Positions 52,301-61,682 are shown, counted from the stretch's first letter. The stretch: 64,000 nucleotides of DNA from Sedimentisphaerales bacterium (GCA_963663965.2 CAXXFK010000002.1:1-64000); one strand, 5' to 3'. Notes: generated by a model from the letters alone, not told the origin. Numbers and translations: made by a program.

Positions 52301-53338
52301 AAAATACTTAGCGCACAAAAAGAAAATATCAATACCCAGATTATAATTGAAATAATAAAATGCCTTGAACGGGCAGAGCCTAATGTTATTGAGGAAACAA
52401 TTAATATAATCCTATCCAGTGAAGAATTAATCACGGAAAAAGTGTATCTTGTATTAATAAGCACTATCAAGAATAATAATTCTCGTGTCAAAGGTATTAT
52501 TAAGAAAGTATTGTTGAGAATAAATGATGACACTGTTCTGAAAAAGCGTCTTCTCGATATACTTATTTCTATGAACCATGAGATTGCCGCAAATAGTATT
52601 AATTCTATAAATAAATATATTTATAAAGAAGATAATAATAATCTTGCAAATGTTATTAGTCTATTACAATCTGAGGATGAAGAAATTGTAATTACTTCAA
52701 TTGATACGCTATGCTCTCTCGGTATAAACATAGATAATGAGTGCCTTGAAAATCTTATTAGATTGTGTGATTCGGATAATCCTAGAATCGTTCTTAAAGC
52801 GGCTGAATACCTTAAAGACAAGAAATACAATATAAATGAATATGTCCTTAATAATATGACATGGGCATATGATGTCAATTCAATCTATAAAGTGATAAAT
52901 GGTGTTGAAGTGCTAATAGATATGAATATGAGCATTGATGTTAGAATCATAAAAAAAATGATAGAGGTGTTTATAGAAATGGATGAGAGTGCTCAGATTA
53001 CAATTATGCATGCAATCATAGATAATAAAACATCTTTAAGAAAGGACGACATAGAGTGTGTAATTAATATATTAAAGAAATGTCCTAATGAGTCAGTTAA
53101 ATATCTCTTAGATATACTAATTGGTTTAGTTGAAAATCTCGACGAGGATATGATAAATAAACTCGCCATGCAATTTAAAATGTTAACAGAAAAGGCCATA
53201 ACGCCTCAAATGTTGGGATTTCAATTCATCAAAAAATCTTTAAATGACTATCACGAAACATTATTACAATATTCCAGATATAAAGAGCTATGGTTATTAT
53301 TATATCAAAACGGTAAGCTTGAATCTTTGGCAGTATAA
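49331..53338 (+). CDS. NACHT (STAND) NTPase with C-terminal HEAT/ARM repeats and an unknown N-terminal domain
   Basis: AGCGKTT, FIIDGLDQ, IASRP, VPML, FCHQSFQEYLAA, W.ETLKFL; HEAT-like repeats; strongly AT-rich. Confidence 0.85.
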   Translation: MSKKDLPSKNKYRETFSKNHLTQDSRTVYLKYEYHIEICCDFERAKPDYHYIKIGIYDTARRTHIRETIIINSHLSYEIKTSIKSTVKNKCAVYEDVKHFAELIYLLNLKYDYDRLIRGYNSDNAGFLHTCEISKLNDVEKKTRVGKSLYVTLGKFIVSNQKDKAWKLLNDVFVNPDQLYHLICYIGVSTLREREKEEAQLLWWLNISKDDNICLRYLNGDNIDRSSESYKRLLSGMFSCLDDELESLPELIKNAEDKIGTLNGTETNVGKNTIKTFKHHLKAIAEAHLQEKLHGKACIKFRLEIGEYDNENITSMNSIRPGNERERRWKDLTCEDLEDINGINVLSSDAGCGKTTLLRTLQVDIIERTDYIPLYLEAAEIVKWTFDKYDYMSFKDKLSEYYKAIIEKDKMGDLLDSHKDKLYFIIDGLDQIEGVGSEYANLVNRIISLFPDKGEKRIIIASRPFALSAIETNAQTSLLRLKKFNDSDLLAYFGCNYDIAKKLCQRCMELLCVPMLAYMVRYLIENNETESLSNRTDIYRRYVNYILNNSNLRYRHDNLKISDQTKRGILRVLSEISYNAIAQERPLFQAIPFDIVDRCSKDNGIVTDELFKLGMINQLGNNIYFCHQSFQEYLAAVYIALDDSLIDKVLLEKWNPKWEETLKFLTGIKGQVIIDKILAEKDNIIHAKTFQAAKFVLETDVTKVFKGEIISKVEALLCIPFFSDDALGCLAYIDYDKAMDSLKYLIMNDNDCLGIPSIIQQLNVTIRDDITEILADKLSYNNCENVDVLLFIMAKLKIKINQYIISKIIDVIPFAHYLSFHEIACILRKGNGDSINSIVKLLGSVNYQIRDEALSIINELKDRINEDSLKIIISYISNDDDDIVESAISALEIINYNVSDTIIETIIGLLEKNNAQIILSVSSILAKAEIKYRKRASLVIMNYMECSSLIILQALIRGIGILNISLDNKILNKIANYLHHESGGIVLESLKILSAQKENINTQIIIEIIKCLERAEPNVIEETINIILSSEELITEKVYLVLISTIKNNNSRVKGIIKKVLLRINDDTVLKKRLLDILISMNHEIAANSINSINKYIYKEDNNNLANVISLLQSEDEEIVITSIDTLCSLGINIDNECLENLIRLCDSDNPRIVLKAAEYLKDKKYNINEYVLNNMTWAYDVNSIYKVINGVEVLIDMNMSIDVRIIKKMIEVFIEMDESAQITIMHAIIDNKTSLRKDDIECVINILKKCPNESVKYLLDILIGLVENLDEDMINKLAMQFKMLTEKAITPQMLGFQFIKKSLNDYHETLLQYSRYKELWLLLYQNGKLESLAV

Positions 53339-53648
53339 TTATGAGTGTACTATTGGCGAGCGCGAGTAAATAAAAAACTGATTATGATGGATTTTGGGAA
53401 TATGGTAAAATATTTTTCGGTAGCGCCATAAAACTGGCAAGGAGTTGCGAACGCTTGAGATGTACTTAAAAAGGGTTAGCGACAACATTGGCCCCGAGTC
53501 ATATGAGTATACCGGCTACGGTATACTGTGTCTTTCCGGCAAGGGTGCGTGAAATAATTTTGGGCGGGTGGTATCATCGGGGTCATCAGTCTGGATTCGC
53601 CTGAGGTTGGCGGAGGCTGAGGTAAAAATGTTCAATCGAGGATGGCCC

Positions 53649-54044
53649 ATGAACAAGCAAAACGCTGAATTACCGGCCGAATTGGCATCGGCCCTGGAGC
53701 AATTTACTCATTGGCGGGCAGAACATAAGCCTCCCACCCGGTTTCCTGACCAGTTATGGTCGCTGGCGGCCGAGCTGGCCAGCCGGCACGGCCATCACCG
53801 GGTCTGTCGGGTTTTGAAGCTGGACTATTACAGTCTGAAGAAGCGTCTGGAACCCGGCTCAGCCAACCCCAAGCAAAGTCAAGCCCCGGCCTTTGTCGAG
53901 TTTCTGCCGGATAAAACCAGCTCAACCCGTTCCTGCACCATTGAATGCGAGAGCGCCCGCGGCGACCGTATCCGCATCCATCTGGATGGCAGAGACCTTT
54001 CGGAGCTGAGAATATTCTGCTCAGCGCTCTGGAGCGGTCTTTGA
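53649..54044 (+). CDS. tnpA: IS66 TnpA-like accessory protein
   Basis: HTH-like FP..LW..A..L; AFVE; coupled to tnpB (TGATG). Confidence 0.75.
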   Translation: MNKQNAELPAELASALEQFTHWRAEHKPPTRFPDQLWSLAAELASRHGHHRVCRVLKLDYYSLKKRLEPGSANPKQSQAPAFVEFLPDKTSSTRSCTIECESARGDRIRIHLDGRDLSELRIFCSALWSGL

Positions 54045-54394
54045 TGATCCAGGTGACGCCCCAGATGCGGGTGCTGGTCGCGACCGGTCCGGTGGATTTC
54101 CGTAAAGGCATCGACGGTCTGGCCCGGCTGTGCCGGTCGGTCCTTCAGGAAGACCCGTTCAGCGGTGGTGTGTTTGTGTTTGGCAATCGCAGCCGCAAAG
54201 CCATCAAGATATTGGTCTACGACGGCCAGGGGTTCTGGATGTGCCAGAAGCGGCTGTCGCAGGGTCGGTTTCGTTTTTGGCCCGGCTCGCAGATGGCCGG
54301 CCAGCGACTGGAATCGTATCAGTTGTCCGTGTTGTTATCCGGCGGCGATCCCGATCAGGCCTGCGGGGCAAAACCCTGGCGGCGGATCCATTAA
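54044..54394 (+). CDS. tnpB: IS66 accessory protein TnpB
   Basis: PVDFRKGIDGL, DPFSG, YDGQGFW..KRL..GRF. Confidence 0.92.
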   Translation: MIQVTPQMRVLVATGPVDFRKGIDGLARLCRSVLQEDPFSGGVFVFGNRSRKAIKILVYDGQGFWMCQKRLSQGRFRFWPGSQMAGQRLESYQLSVLLSGGDPDQACGAKPWRRIH

Positions 54395-54427
54395 AGCCTG
54401 GCCCTGTTCCGGTCCGATAAGGTTGCC

Positions 54428-56071
54428 ATGGTCAAGTTGAATAAAATCAAAAAGCGACGACGCAGGCCGGCTCCAGCCCCGAAACCCGCTTCACCGGCCG
54501 AGCCGGTGATTGAGCTGGATATAGAAGAGTTGCAGGCGCTTCTTGAAAAAGCCAGAACCGAACCCTTGAGCGATGAGGATGCCACAAAGCTTGGCGCAGC
54601 CCTGGAGATGTTAGGCAACCTGGGCTCTGAGCTGGACAAGAAGAAGGTGTCGATCCAGCGTCTCAAGCAGATGTTGTTTGGTCAATCGACCGAGAAGACC
54701 GAGACTGTCTTTAAGGACAAGAAGGATGATGAGGGTCAGGATAAGCAAGCCAACCCAAAAGAGAAACCGCCCAAAAAGCCGGCCCCGGGTCATGGCCGTA
54801 ATGGCGCGGACTGTTATACCGGCGGGACCCGGACCGAGGTCAAGCATCCGGAGCTGAAAGCCGGCGATCCCTGTCCGGACTGTCAGAAAGGCACGGTCTA
54901 CCAACATTCCAAACCGGCCCGGCTGGTGCGGATCAGCGGTCATGCTCCTTTGCGGGCCGGGGTCTATGAACTGGAAAAGCTGCGGTGCCATCTGTGCGGC
55001 AAAGTCTTTACTGCGCCGGCTCCCCAGGGTGTGGGCGAAGACAAATACGATGCCGAATCGGCGGCGATGATCGCATTGTTGAAATACGGCAGTGGGGTTC
55101 CATTCAATCGCCTGGCGCGTCTGCAGGGGAATCTGGGCGTGCCCCTGCCGACATCAAACCAATGGGAGATCGTCCAGGAGGCATCCGATGACATTGATCC
55201 GGTTTACCGGGAGTTGATTCATCAGGCGGCGCAGGGCCAGGTGCTTCATAATGATGACACAACGATGAAGATCCTGAAATATCAGCCGCCTGAACCGGGC
55301 CGCAAAGGGATCTTTACCTCCGGGATCGTCTCGGTTCTGGAAGACAACCGGCGGATCGCGTTGTTCTTTACCGGCCAGAAGCATGCCGGGGAGAATCTGA
55401 TGGAGCTCTTACGCCATCGCGATGAGCGTCTGGATCAACCGGTGCAGATGTGCGATGCCCTGAGCCGGAACATGCCCGAGGGCATGAAGGTGATGGTGAG
55501 CAACTGTCTGGTGCATGGCCGGCGCGGTTTTGTGGAGGTGGCTGATAACTTCCCGGAAGAATGCCTGTTCGTACTGGAGACCTTGAAAACGGTCTATCAT
55601 AACGATGACCAGACCAAAGGCATGACCGATTCGGAACGGCTGGCCTGGCATCAGGCTCATAGCGGGCCGGTGATGGAAAAACTCTATAACTGGATGAATG
55701 AGCAGTTGGATCAGCACCAGGTGGAGCCCAACAGCACACTGGGCGGCGCGATCCGTTATATGATCAGGCACTGGGAGAAACTGACGCTGTTTTTACGCGA
55801 GCCGGGCGCTCCGCTGGACAATAATATTTGCGAACGGGCGTTGAAGAAGGCCATTCTGCACCGCAAGAACGCTTACTTCTACCAAACAGAGAACGGGGCC
55901 AGGGTGGGCGATCTTTATATGAGCCTGATTCATACCTGCGAACTGAACCAGGTCAATCCATTCGACTATCTGACCGAATTGCAGAAGAACAAAACCGCCA
56001 TCATCACCGAGCTGGCAAAATGGCTGCCCTGGAACTATCGGGACAATCTCCAGCCAGTCTCGCCAGACTGA
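54428..56071 (+). CDS. tnpC: IS66 transposase TnpC
   Basis: LFG.STEK, CPDC/CHLC, HNDDT, C.VH.RR.F, LDNN..ERAL, WLPWN. Confidence 0.95.
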   Translation: MVKLNKIKKRRRRPAPAPKPASPAEPVIELDIEELQALLEKARTEPLSDEDATKLGAALEMLGNLGSELDKKKVSIQRLKQMLFGQSTEKTETVFKDKKDDEGQDKQANPKEKPPKKPAPGHGRNGADCYTGGTRTEVKHPELKAGDPCPDCQKGTVYQHSKPARLVRISGHAPLRAGVYELEKLRCHLCGKVFTAPAPQGVGEDKYDAESAAMIALLKYGSGVPFNRLARLQGNLGVPLPTSNQWEIVQEASDDIDPVYRELIHQAAQGQVLHNDDTTMKILKYQPPEPGRKGIFTSGIVSVLEDNRRIALFFTGQKHAGENLMELLRHRDERLDQPVQMCDALSRNMPEGMKVMVSNCLVHGRRGFVEVADNFPEECLFVLETLKTVYHNDDQTKGMTDSERLAWHQAHSGPVMEKLYNWMNEQLDQHQVEPNSTLGGAIRYMIRHWEKLTLFLREPGAPLDNNICERALKKAILHRKNAYFYQTENGARVGDLYMSLIHTCELNQVNPFDYLTELQKNKTAIITELAKWLPWNYRDNLQPVSPD

Positions 56072-56454
56072 CGCCAGACTGATATCCCGCCGTATCCGGG
56101 ATTTTTTCGGGAATTTCAGATTTTTCACCCTTGCCGGAAGGACACGGTATACTTGTTGCGTTGACAGGGGAAGATGCGAGGGCATTGAGTTGTCAAGGGG
56201 CGGTCCAAACGGTCATGTTGAAGAATGTCTCATAGACCCTTTAAAGATGCCTACGAAAGGTGCTTTATAAGGCCAACAAGTTCAGCATGGTAGAGACAAA
56301 CAAGATTCTAACTCTTTGAGAACATGGCAATTCCCAGCGGAAATGGCCTATCGGCTCGGCTTGCATAGTCATAAGGTCAGCCGGTATGTACGGCTTGTAA
56401 GTGAGAAGGTAAATATGTTCGTATTGCCAAACAGATAAGGTAAAATATTTTTCG

Positions 56455-58390
56455 GTAGCGCCAGGTAACTGGCAAGGAGTAGCGGATGCAAGAGCCGTAC
56501 AATGAAGGTTTAGCAAACCACATTGGCCCCGAGTCATGTGGGCATACCGGTAACGGTATGCTTGAAGCGTTGACAGGGGAAGATGCGGGCTGGGTATTGA
56601 GCCGCGTAAGTTTGTACATTATAGAACGGAGTGCCGACGCTGTCGAAAATGTCGGAAGGCAACACCGGATGTCTTATTATCGCGAGAGACATTCCGGACT
56701 CCGCGCGGTCGAAGACCCCAGGCACGCATGGACACTTCTTGCACAGGAACTGGGAGATCCCTTGTTTGGCCTCAGGACACATTATCCTGTGGTCCGCACA
56801 GAAAATCCAATTGGAGTACTGCTGTGATGAACGAACAGGGGAAGTCGGACAGGCCCATAGTACCTAAGAAGTTCTCGAACAAAGAGGCTGGTTGCCATGC
56901 CTTGGCGGAGAGGATAGAGGGAAGGGGCCTGACCAAGGGCAATTCGTCTCTACTGCACAAGTGCCGGACACCGGGCCGGGAAAGCTTGCCAAACGCATTA
57001 GAACGAATACGACAGGCAGCCACCCGGGATAAACAGCTAAAGTTTACTTCCCTGTGGCATCATGTCTATCATGTCGACTACCTGAGAGAAGAATTCTATC
57101 GCATTAAGCGGCAGGCTTCCCCGGGTGTGGACGACCAGACATGGCAAGAGTATGAGGCCGGGTTAGAGAACAATCTCAATAGCCTGGCAGAACGACTGAG
57201 AAAGGGGGCATATCGGGCAAAACCGGTAAGGCGGGTATTCATCCCCAAACCGGATGGACGCCAGCGTCCCATTGGTATTACTACCATTGAGGATAAAATC
57301 GTCCAGCGTAGCACGACTACGGTATTGAACGCTATTTATGAGGCTGACTTCAAAGGCTTCTCCTATGGCTTTCGTCCCGGTCGCAGTGCTCACAACGCCT
57401 TAGATGCTCTCTATGTCGGCATACTCAAGCGTAAGATAAACTGGGTACTCGACGCTGACATCAGCGGCTTCTTTGATGCCATCGATCACGATTGGCTGAT
57501 TAGATTCGTCGAGCACCGAATCGGAGACCCGCGAGTAGTACGGCATATCAAGAAATGGTTGAATGCTGGAGTCGTGGAAGAAGACAAACTTCTGCAGATC
57601 AAGGAAGGCACCCCGCAAGGTGGGAGCATATCGCCATTGCTGGCGAATATCTACCTTCATTATGTATTTGATCTGTGGGCTGACCAATGGCGAAAGCGTA
57701 ACGCCAAAGGGCATATGATTATCGTTCGATATGCTGACGATATCGTTGTCGGATTCCAATATCAATCGGATGCCAATAGATTTCATACGGACCTGCAGAA
57801 TCGATTTGGCAAGTTCAAGTTGAAGCTTCATCCGGCCAAAACCCGGCTCATTCAGTTCGGCCGCTATGCGACAGAACGAAGGACTACTCAAGGTAAAGGC
57901 AAGCCTGAGACATTCGACTTTCTTGGCTTTACGCACATCTGTTCCAAGTCAAGTAAAGGTCGGTTTATGTTGCTCCGGTTGCCGATGAGAAAGCGGGTGC
58001 AGGCCAAGCTAAAGGAAATCAAGGAACAGCTAAAATACCGGCGCTATACCTCGATTCCGGAGATGGGCCAGTGGCTTCACTCTGTTATCAGCGGCTGGTA
58101 CCGATACTACGCCGTTCCTAATACATCTCGCTATCTTGGCACCTTTCGCCGTAGGGTCGCCTGGCTTTGGTTCAGAGCGTTAAGAAGACGCAGTCAACGA
58201 AGCCGCATGACCTGGAGGCGAATGTACCAACTGATAGCAAGATGGCTTCCGCAGCCTAAAATTCTGCATCCGTACCCCCAGGCACGCTTACAAGCTGCTC
58301 GTTATGACCCGAGGTAGGAGCCGTATGCGGTAGTTCCGCTCGTACGGATCTGTGCGGGGGGCTGGGAGTAATCCCAGTCCCTACCGCGAC
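56455..58390 (+). mobile_element. group II intron (RT-encoding, no endonuclease domain)
   Basis: 5' GTAGCGCCAG; EBS1-like CGAAAA loop at 56644; domain V GAGCCGTATGCGG...CGTACGGATC at 58318-58350; domain VI with bulged A; 3' end CGAC. Confidence 0.92.
56827..58317 (+). CDS. ltrA: group II intron reverse transcriptase/maturase
   Basis: IPKPDG.QRPIG, SYGFRP, GTPQGG.ISPLLANIYL, RYADD, FDFLGF, domain X. Exact start uncertain. Confidence 0.95.
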   Translation: MNEQGKSDRPIVPKKFSNKEAGCHALAERIEGRGLTKGNSSLLHKCRTPGRESLPNALERIRQAATRDKQLKFTSLWHHVYHVDYLREEFYRIKRQASPGVDDQTWQEYEAGLENNLNSLAERLRKGAYRAKPVRRVFIPKPDGRQRPIGITTIEDKIVQRSTTTVLNAIYEADFKGFSYGFRPGRSAHNALDALYVGILKRKINWVLDADISGFFDAIDHDWLIRFVEHRIGDPRVVRHIKKWLNAGVVEEDKLLQIKEGTPQGGSISPLLANIYLHYVFDLWADQWRKRNAKGHMIIVRYADDIVVGFQYQSDANRFHTDLQNRFGKFKLKLHPAKTRLIQFGRYATERRTTQGKGKPETFDFLGFTHICSKSSKGRFMLLRLPMRKRVQAKLKEIKEQLKYRRYTSIPEMGQWLHSVISGWYRYYAVPNTSRYLGTFRRRVAWLWFRALRRRSQRSRMTWRRMYQLIARWLPQPKILHPYPQARLQAARYDPR

Positions 58391-58480
58391 CACATATTAT
58401 AGGACACCGTAAAAACAGTCCTTCATCTGGTCGATGAAGTTTTTGAAATAGTAACCGAAAACCAAATGAAAGGACTGACT

Positions 58481-59722
58481 ATGAGTCAAACAGAAGAATC
58501 GACCAGTGACGTTAGGAACTTGAACCAAATTTTAAAAATCGACCAATCCCAGATGAAGGATCAGTTGGGCCAGATGGTGCGCCAGAGTGTGGAAGACACG
58601 CTCAATGCCCTGCTGGACGCCGAGGCGGACCAGCTCTGCAACGCCCAGCGTTATGAACATACCCAGGCCCGCACCGATACCCGGGCGGGCTATTATCCGC
58701 GTAAGTTTCATACGACGACCGGCGAAGTGAATTTGAAGATGCCCAAGCTGCGAAAAACGACCTTTGAAACCGCCATCATCGAGCGCTATAAACGCCGGGA
58801 GTCTTCGGTAGAAGAGGCCCTGATCGAGATGTATCTGGCCGGCGTTTCGGTCCGGCGTATCGAAGACATCGCCGAAAGCCTGTGGGGCGCCCGTGTCAGT
58901 GCGGGCACCATCAGCAATCTGAATCAGAAAGTCTATCAACAGATCGACCAATGGCGCAACCGCAAACTGGAAGGGTCGTATCCCTATGTCTATCTGGACG
59001 GCATCGTTTTGAAACGTTGCTGGGGCGGCGAAGTCAAGAATGTTTCGATTCTGGTGGCCATTGCCGTCGATCAGGAGGGCTATCGCGAAGTGCTGGGTTC
59101 CTGCGAGGGCGCCAAAGAGGATAAAGCCGGTTGGGGCGGTTTCTTACGCGATTTAAAGCGCCGCGGCCTGCAGGGCGTTCGCCTGTTTGTTTCCGACAAA
59201 TGCCTGGGTCTGGTGGACGCGCTGGCCGAGGTTTTTCCGGAGGCCGACTGGCAGCGCTGCACGGTCCACTGGTATCGCAACGTGTTCAGTCATGTGCCGC
59301 GCAAGAAGGTGCGAGAGGTAGCGGCCATGCTCAAGGCCATCCATGCCCAGGAAGACCGCCAGGCGGCGATCCAGAAGGCCGAGCAAGTGATTGTCAAATT
59401 GCGGGAGATGAAACTGGGCAAGGCCGCTGAATTGGTCCAGGAAAGCTATCTCGAAACACTCACTTACTATCAATATCCCGACAAGCACTGGCGGCAGTTG
59501 CGAACCAATAATCCACTGGAGCGGATCATGCGTGAGATTCGTCGTCGTACGCGCGTGGTGGGCAATTTCCCGGATGGTCACTCGGCCCTGATGCTGGCCA
59601 CGGCCCGCCTGAGACATATTGCCGGCACCCAATGGGGTACGAGGCGTTATTTGAATATGGATCATTTGTATGAGTTGGAGAAGGAGAAAAAAGCTGAAAA
59701 AGAGGAGGTGGTCATGGCATGA
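58481..59722 (+). CDS. IS256-family transposase
   Basis: EMYLAGVS.RR, YVYLDG, FVSD, QRCTVH, TNNPLER...EIRRR. Confidence 0.96.
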   Translation: MSQTEESTSDVRNLNQILKIDQSQMKDQLGQMVRQSVEDTLNALLDAEADQLCNAQRYEHTQARTDTRAGYYPRKFHTTTGEVNLKMPKLRKTTFETAIIERYKRRESSVEEALIEMYLAGVSVRRIEDIAESLWGARVSAGTISNLNQKVYQQIDQWRNRKLEGSYPYVYLDGIVLKRCWGGEVKNVSILVAIAVDQEGYREVLGSCEGAKEDKAGWGGFLRDLKRRGLQGVRLFVSDKCLGLVDALAEVFPEADWQRCTVHWYRNVFSHVPRKKVREVAAMLKAIHAQEDRQAAIQKAEQVIVKLREMKLGKAAELVQESYLETLTYYQYPDKHWRQLRTNNPLERIMREIRRRTRVVGNFPDGHSALMLATARLRHIAGTQWGTRRYLNMDHLYELEKEKKAEKEEVVMA

Positions 59723-60037
59723 TCGTCCGATAAATTTTTGCCTCCCCTCGGGGAGGCAGGGCAGGGAGTTGTCCCTCCCTCCTCCATTGAAAGACTCTAC
59801 CAGATGAAAGACTAATAAAAAATGTGCGAAAGATTCTTGACGCTACCGCCAAACAAGATGTGATTATTTCAAGACCGATTTGAATCGGTATTGCAAAAAT
59901 GTCTTTGTATTTGCATGGGAAAGAATTAATGCATAAAATGGCGGAAATCAGTGATCCGAAATTGAGCTGATATTAGTTGTGTGCAGGATTGAGTATCCGA
60001 GTATTGCTATTTGTAATGTATTATGAAATAAAGAGAT

Positions 60038-61633
60038 ATGAAAAAGTCCGGCGTGAAATCAATTTTAGTTTCGTGGTTGGGATATGCTGATTTAAAGGGC
60101 ATGGCGTCATCATTGCCTCAGAAAATGCAAGCCGAAATTGCCCAGATTACTAAGCATAAGGGGGATTGGCCTACTGGTGGGATGGGGCCGGTTCAGACTT
60201 GTATTGGGCAGATGGCTTTTAAGAAGGTATATCTCCTAAGTAATTTTCCTGCAACCATTAACAGTCAATGTGCCAAGCATTATGGTCCGCAGGTTGAGAT
60301 TATTCCGGTGACTTTGGAAAATCCAACTGATTACAAATCGATTTACCAAATTTCCCTAGATGCACTCCAGGCTATTACACAACGGGAATCGAAGTCTCCA
60401 CTTGAACTGTCAATGCTGTTGAGTCCCGGCACGCCGGCCATGATCGCGATTTGGATTCTGCTGGGTAAGACAAAATTCCCGGCTCGATTCTATCAAACCT
60501 TCGATGGGAAAGTTTGGGAAACAGAAATCCCGTTCGATCTGACTCTGGATGTAGTTCCGGATCTGATGAAGGGGAGTGATGCGCTTTTTCAGCACCTTGC
60601 TTTACAAAGTCCGCAGGAAATCCCCGGCTTTGAGTCCATAATCGGTGAAAGTTATGTCATAAAAATGGCGGTTGGACGGGCCAAAAAGGCGGCTATTCGC
60701 AATGTTTCGGTATTGATTTCGGGTGAGAGCGGGACTGGAAAAGAGATGTTTGCACGAGCCATTCACCTTGCCAGTCCACGCCGTGACAAGCTTTTTGAGG
60801 CGGTCAATTGTGCTGCGCTGCCCACCGCATTGCTGGAATCGCAGCTATTTGGGCATAAAAAAGGAGCGTTTACCGGGGCAGACAAGGATCATATTGGGTT
60901 ATTGAAGTCTCTGGATGGCGGAACCCTTTTTCTTGATGAGATCGGTGAAAGCGAACTGGTTTTTCAGGCGAAATTACTGCGCGCCTTACAGCCGCCGGCT
61001 GGGTATTCAGCCACCATACGGGAGTTTTTCCCGGTTGGGGCGGTCAAGCCGGTACGCAGCGATGTCCGGATCATTGCAGCCACCAACAAGAATCTGCTGG
61101 AGGCGATCAAGCAGGGAGCTTTCCGGGATGACCTGTATTATCGTCTGGCGGCATTAACGATCAAATTGCCGCCGCTGAGGGATCGTCAGGCTGATATTGT
61201 GATGATGGCGGAACAGTTTCTTAAGCAGATTAATGCCGAGTTTCAGGCCCTTGACCCGGGGTATAAACAAAAAAATATTTCTCCTTCCACAAAAATATTT
61301 GTGAAAAACCATCCCTGGCCGGGCAATGTCCGGCAACTTTACAATGTTCTTTTACAAGCGGTAATCTTGTCTGACAGAGATACCATCCAAAAAGAGGATT
61401 TAATTGGGGCTTTGGCTGAGATGCCGGAAGCTGAATCCGATACCGGGTTGTTGGACCATCCTTTGGGAGAATCGTTCAGCTTGAAAAAAGTGATGTCCGA
61501 ATTGGAAGTCCATTATTTGCAAAGAGCTATGAAAGAGGCGGGGGGCAAGAAAACCCTGGCGGCCAAGTTATTGGGAATGGATAATTACCAGGCGCTGGAT
61601 GCCAAACTGAAACGGTTAAATATCCAATACTAA
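60038..61633 (+). CDS. sigma54-dependent activator with an RtcR/CARF-like N-terminal domain
   Basis: N-terminal VSWLG..DL, NPTDY..IY, LSPGTPAM; AAA+ GESGTGKE, GAFTGA, FLDEIG, FRDDLYYRL, WPGNVRQL; C-terminal Fis-type HTH. Confidence 0.9.
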   Translation: MKKSGVKSILVSWLGYADLKGMASSLPQKMQAEIAQITKHKGDWPTGGMGPVQTCIGQMAFKKVYLLSNFPATINSQCAKHYGPQVEIIPVTLENPTDYKSIYQISLDALQAITQRESKSPLELSMLLSPGTPAMIAIWILLGKTKFPARFYQTFDGKVWETEIPFDLTLDVVPDLMKGSDALFQHLALQSPQEIPGFESIIGESYVIKMAVGRAKKAAIRNVSVLISGESGTGKEMFARAIHLASPRRDKLFEAVNCAALPTALLESQLFGHKKGAFTGADKDHIGLLKSLDGGTLFLDEIGESELVFQAKLLRALQPPAGYSATIREFFPVGAVKPVRSDVRIIAATNKNLLEAIKQGAFRDDLYYRLAALTIKLPPLRDRQADIVMMAEQFLKQINAEFQALDPGYKQKNISPSTKIFVKNHPWPGNVRQLYNVLLQAVILSDRDTIQKEDLIGALAEMPEAESDTGLLDHPLGESFSLKKVMSELEVHYLQRAMKEAGGKKTLAAKLLGMDNYQALDAKLKRLNIQY

Positions 61634-61682
61634 GAGGTGGAATCAATGACTGGATTTCAAAAAAATCGTGATTTTGATTTTG

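Larger units (their letters stand above)
53528..56145 (+). mobile_element. IS66-family element, intact
   Basis: 20-bp IRs GTGTC(T/C)TTCCGGCAAGGGTG; 8-bp target duplication GGTATACT at 53520-53527 and 56146-56153; tnpA/B/C. Confidence 0.95.
53399..56189 (+). ncRNA. relic of an IS256 left end plus group II intron 5' domain I, interrupted by IS66
   Basis: 53404-53428 is identical to 56439-56463. Similarity continues through CATTGGCCCCGAGTCAT and resumes after IS66 as GCGTTGACAGGGGAAGATGCG. Confidence 0.75.
56434..59847 (+). mobile_element. IS256-family element carrying a group II intron in its left IR
   Basis: 8-bp duplication GCCAAACA at 56426-56433 and 59848-59855. Rejoined left IR GATAAGGTAAAATATTTTTCG|CACAT matches the right IR reverse complement GGTAGCGTCAAGAATCTTTCGCACAT. 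Confidence 0.88.

Noticed and set aside
56454..56465. GGTAGCGCCAGG as the IS256 left IR
   Set aside because: It resembles the right IR, but no target duplication flanks it; the duplication and the rejoined IR place the IS start at 56434.
56827..58317. retron, DGR or defence-associated reverse transcriptase
   Set aside because: Domains V and VI follow the ORF directly and domain X is present; no TR/VR pair or msr/msd seen.
59848..59857. GCCAAACAAG pairing with intron CTTGTTTGGC (56761) as a displaced intron 5' end
   Set aside because: That intron segment pairs locally with GAACAGGGG (domain II-like stem), and the 8-mer is explained as the IS target duplication.
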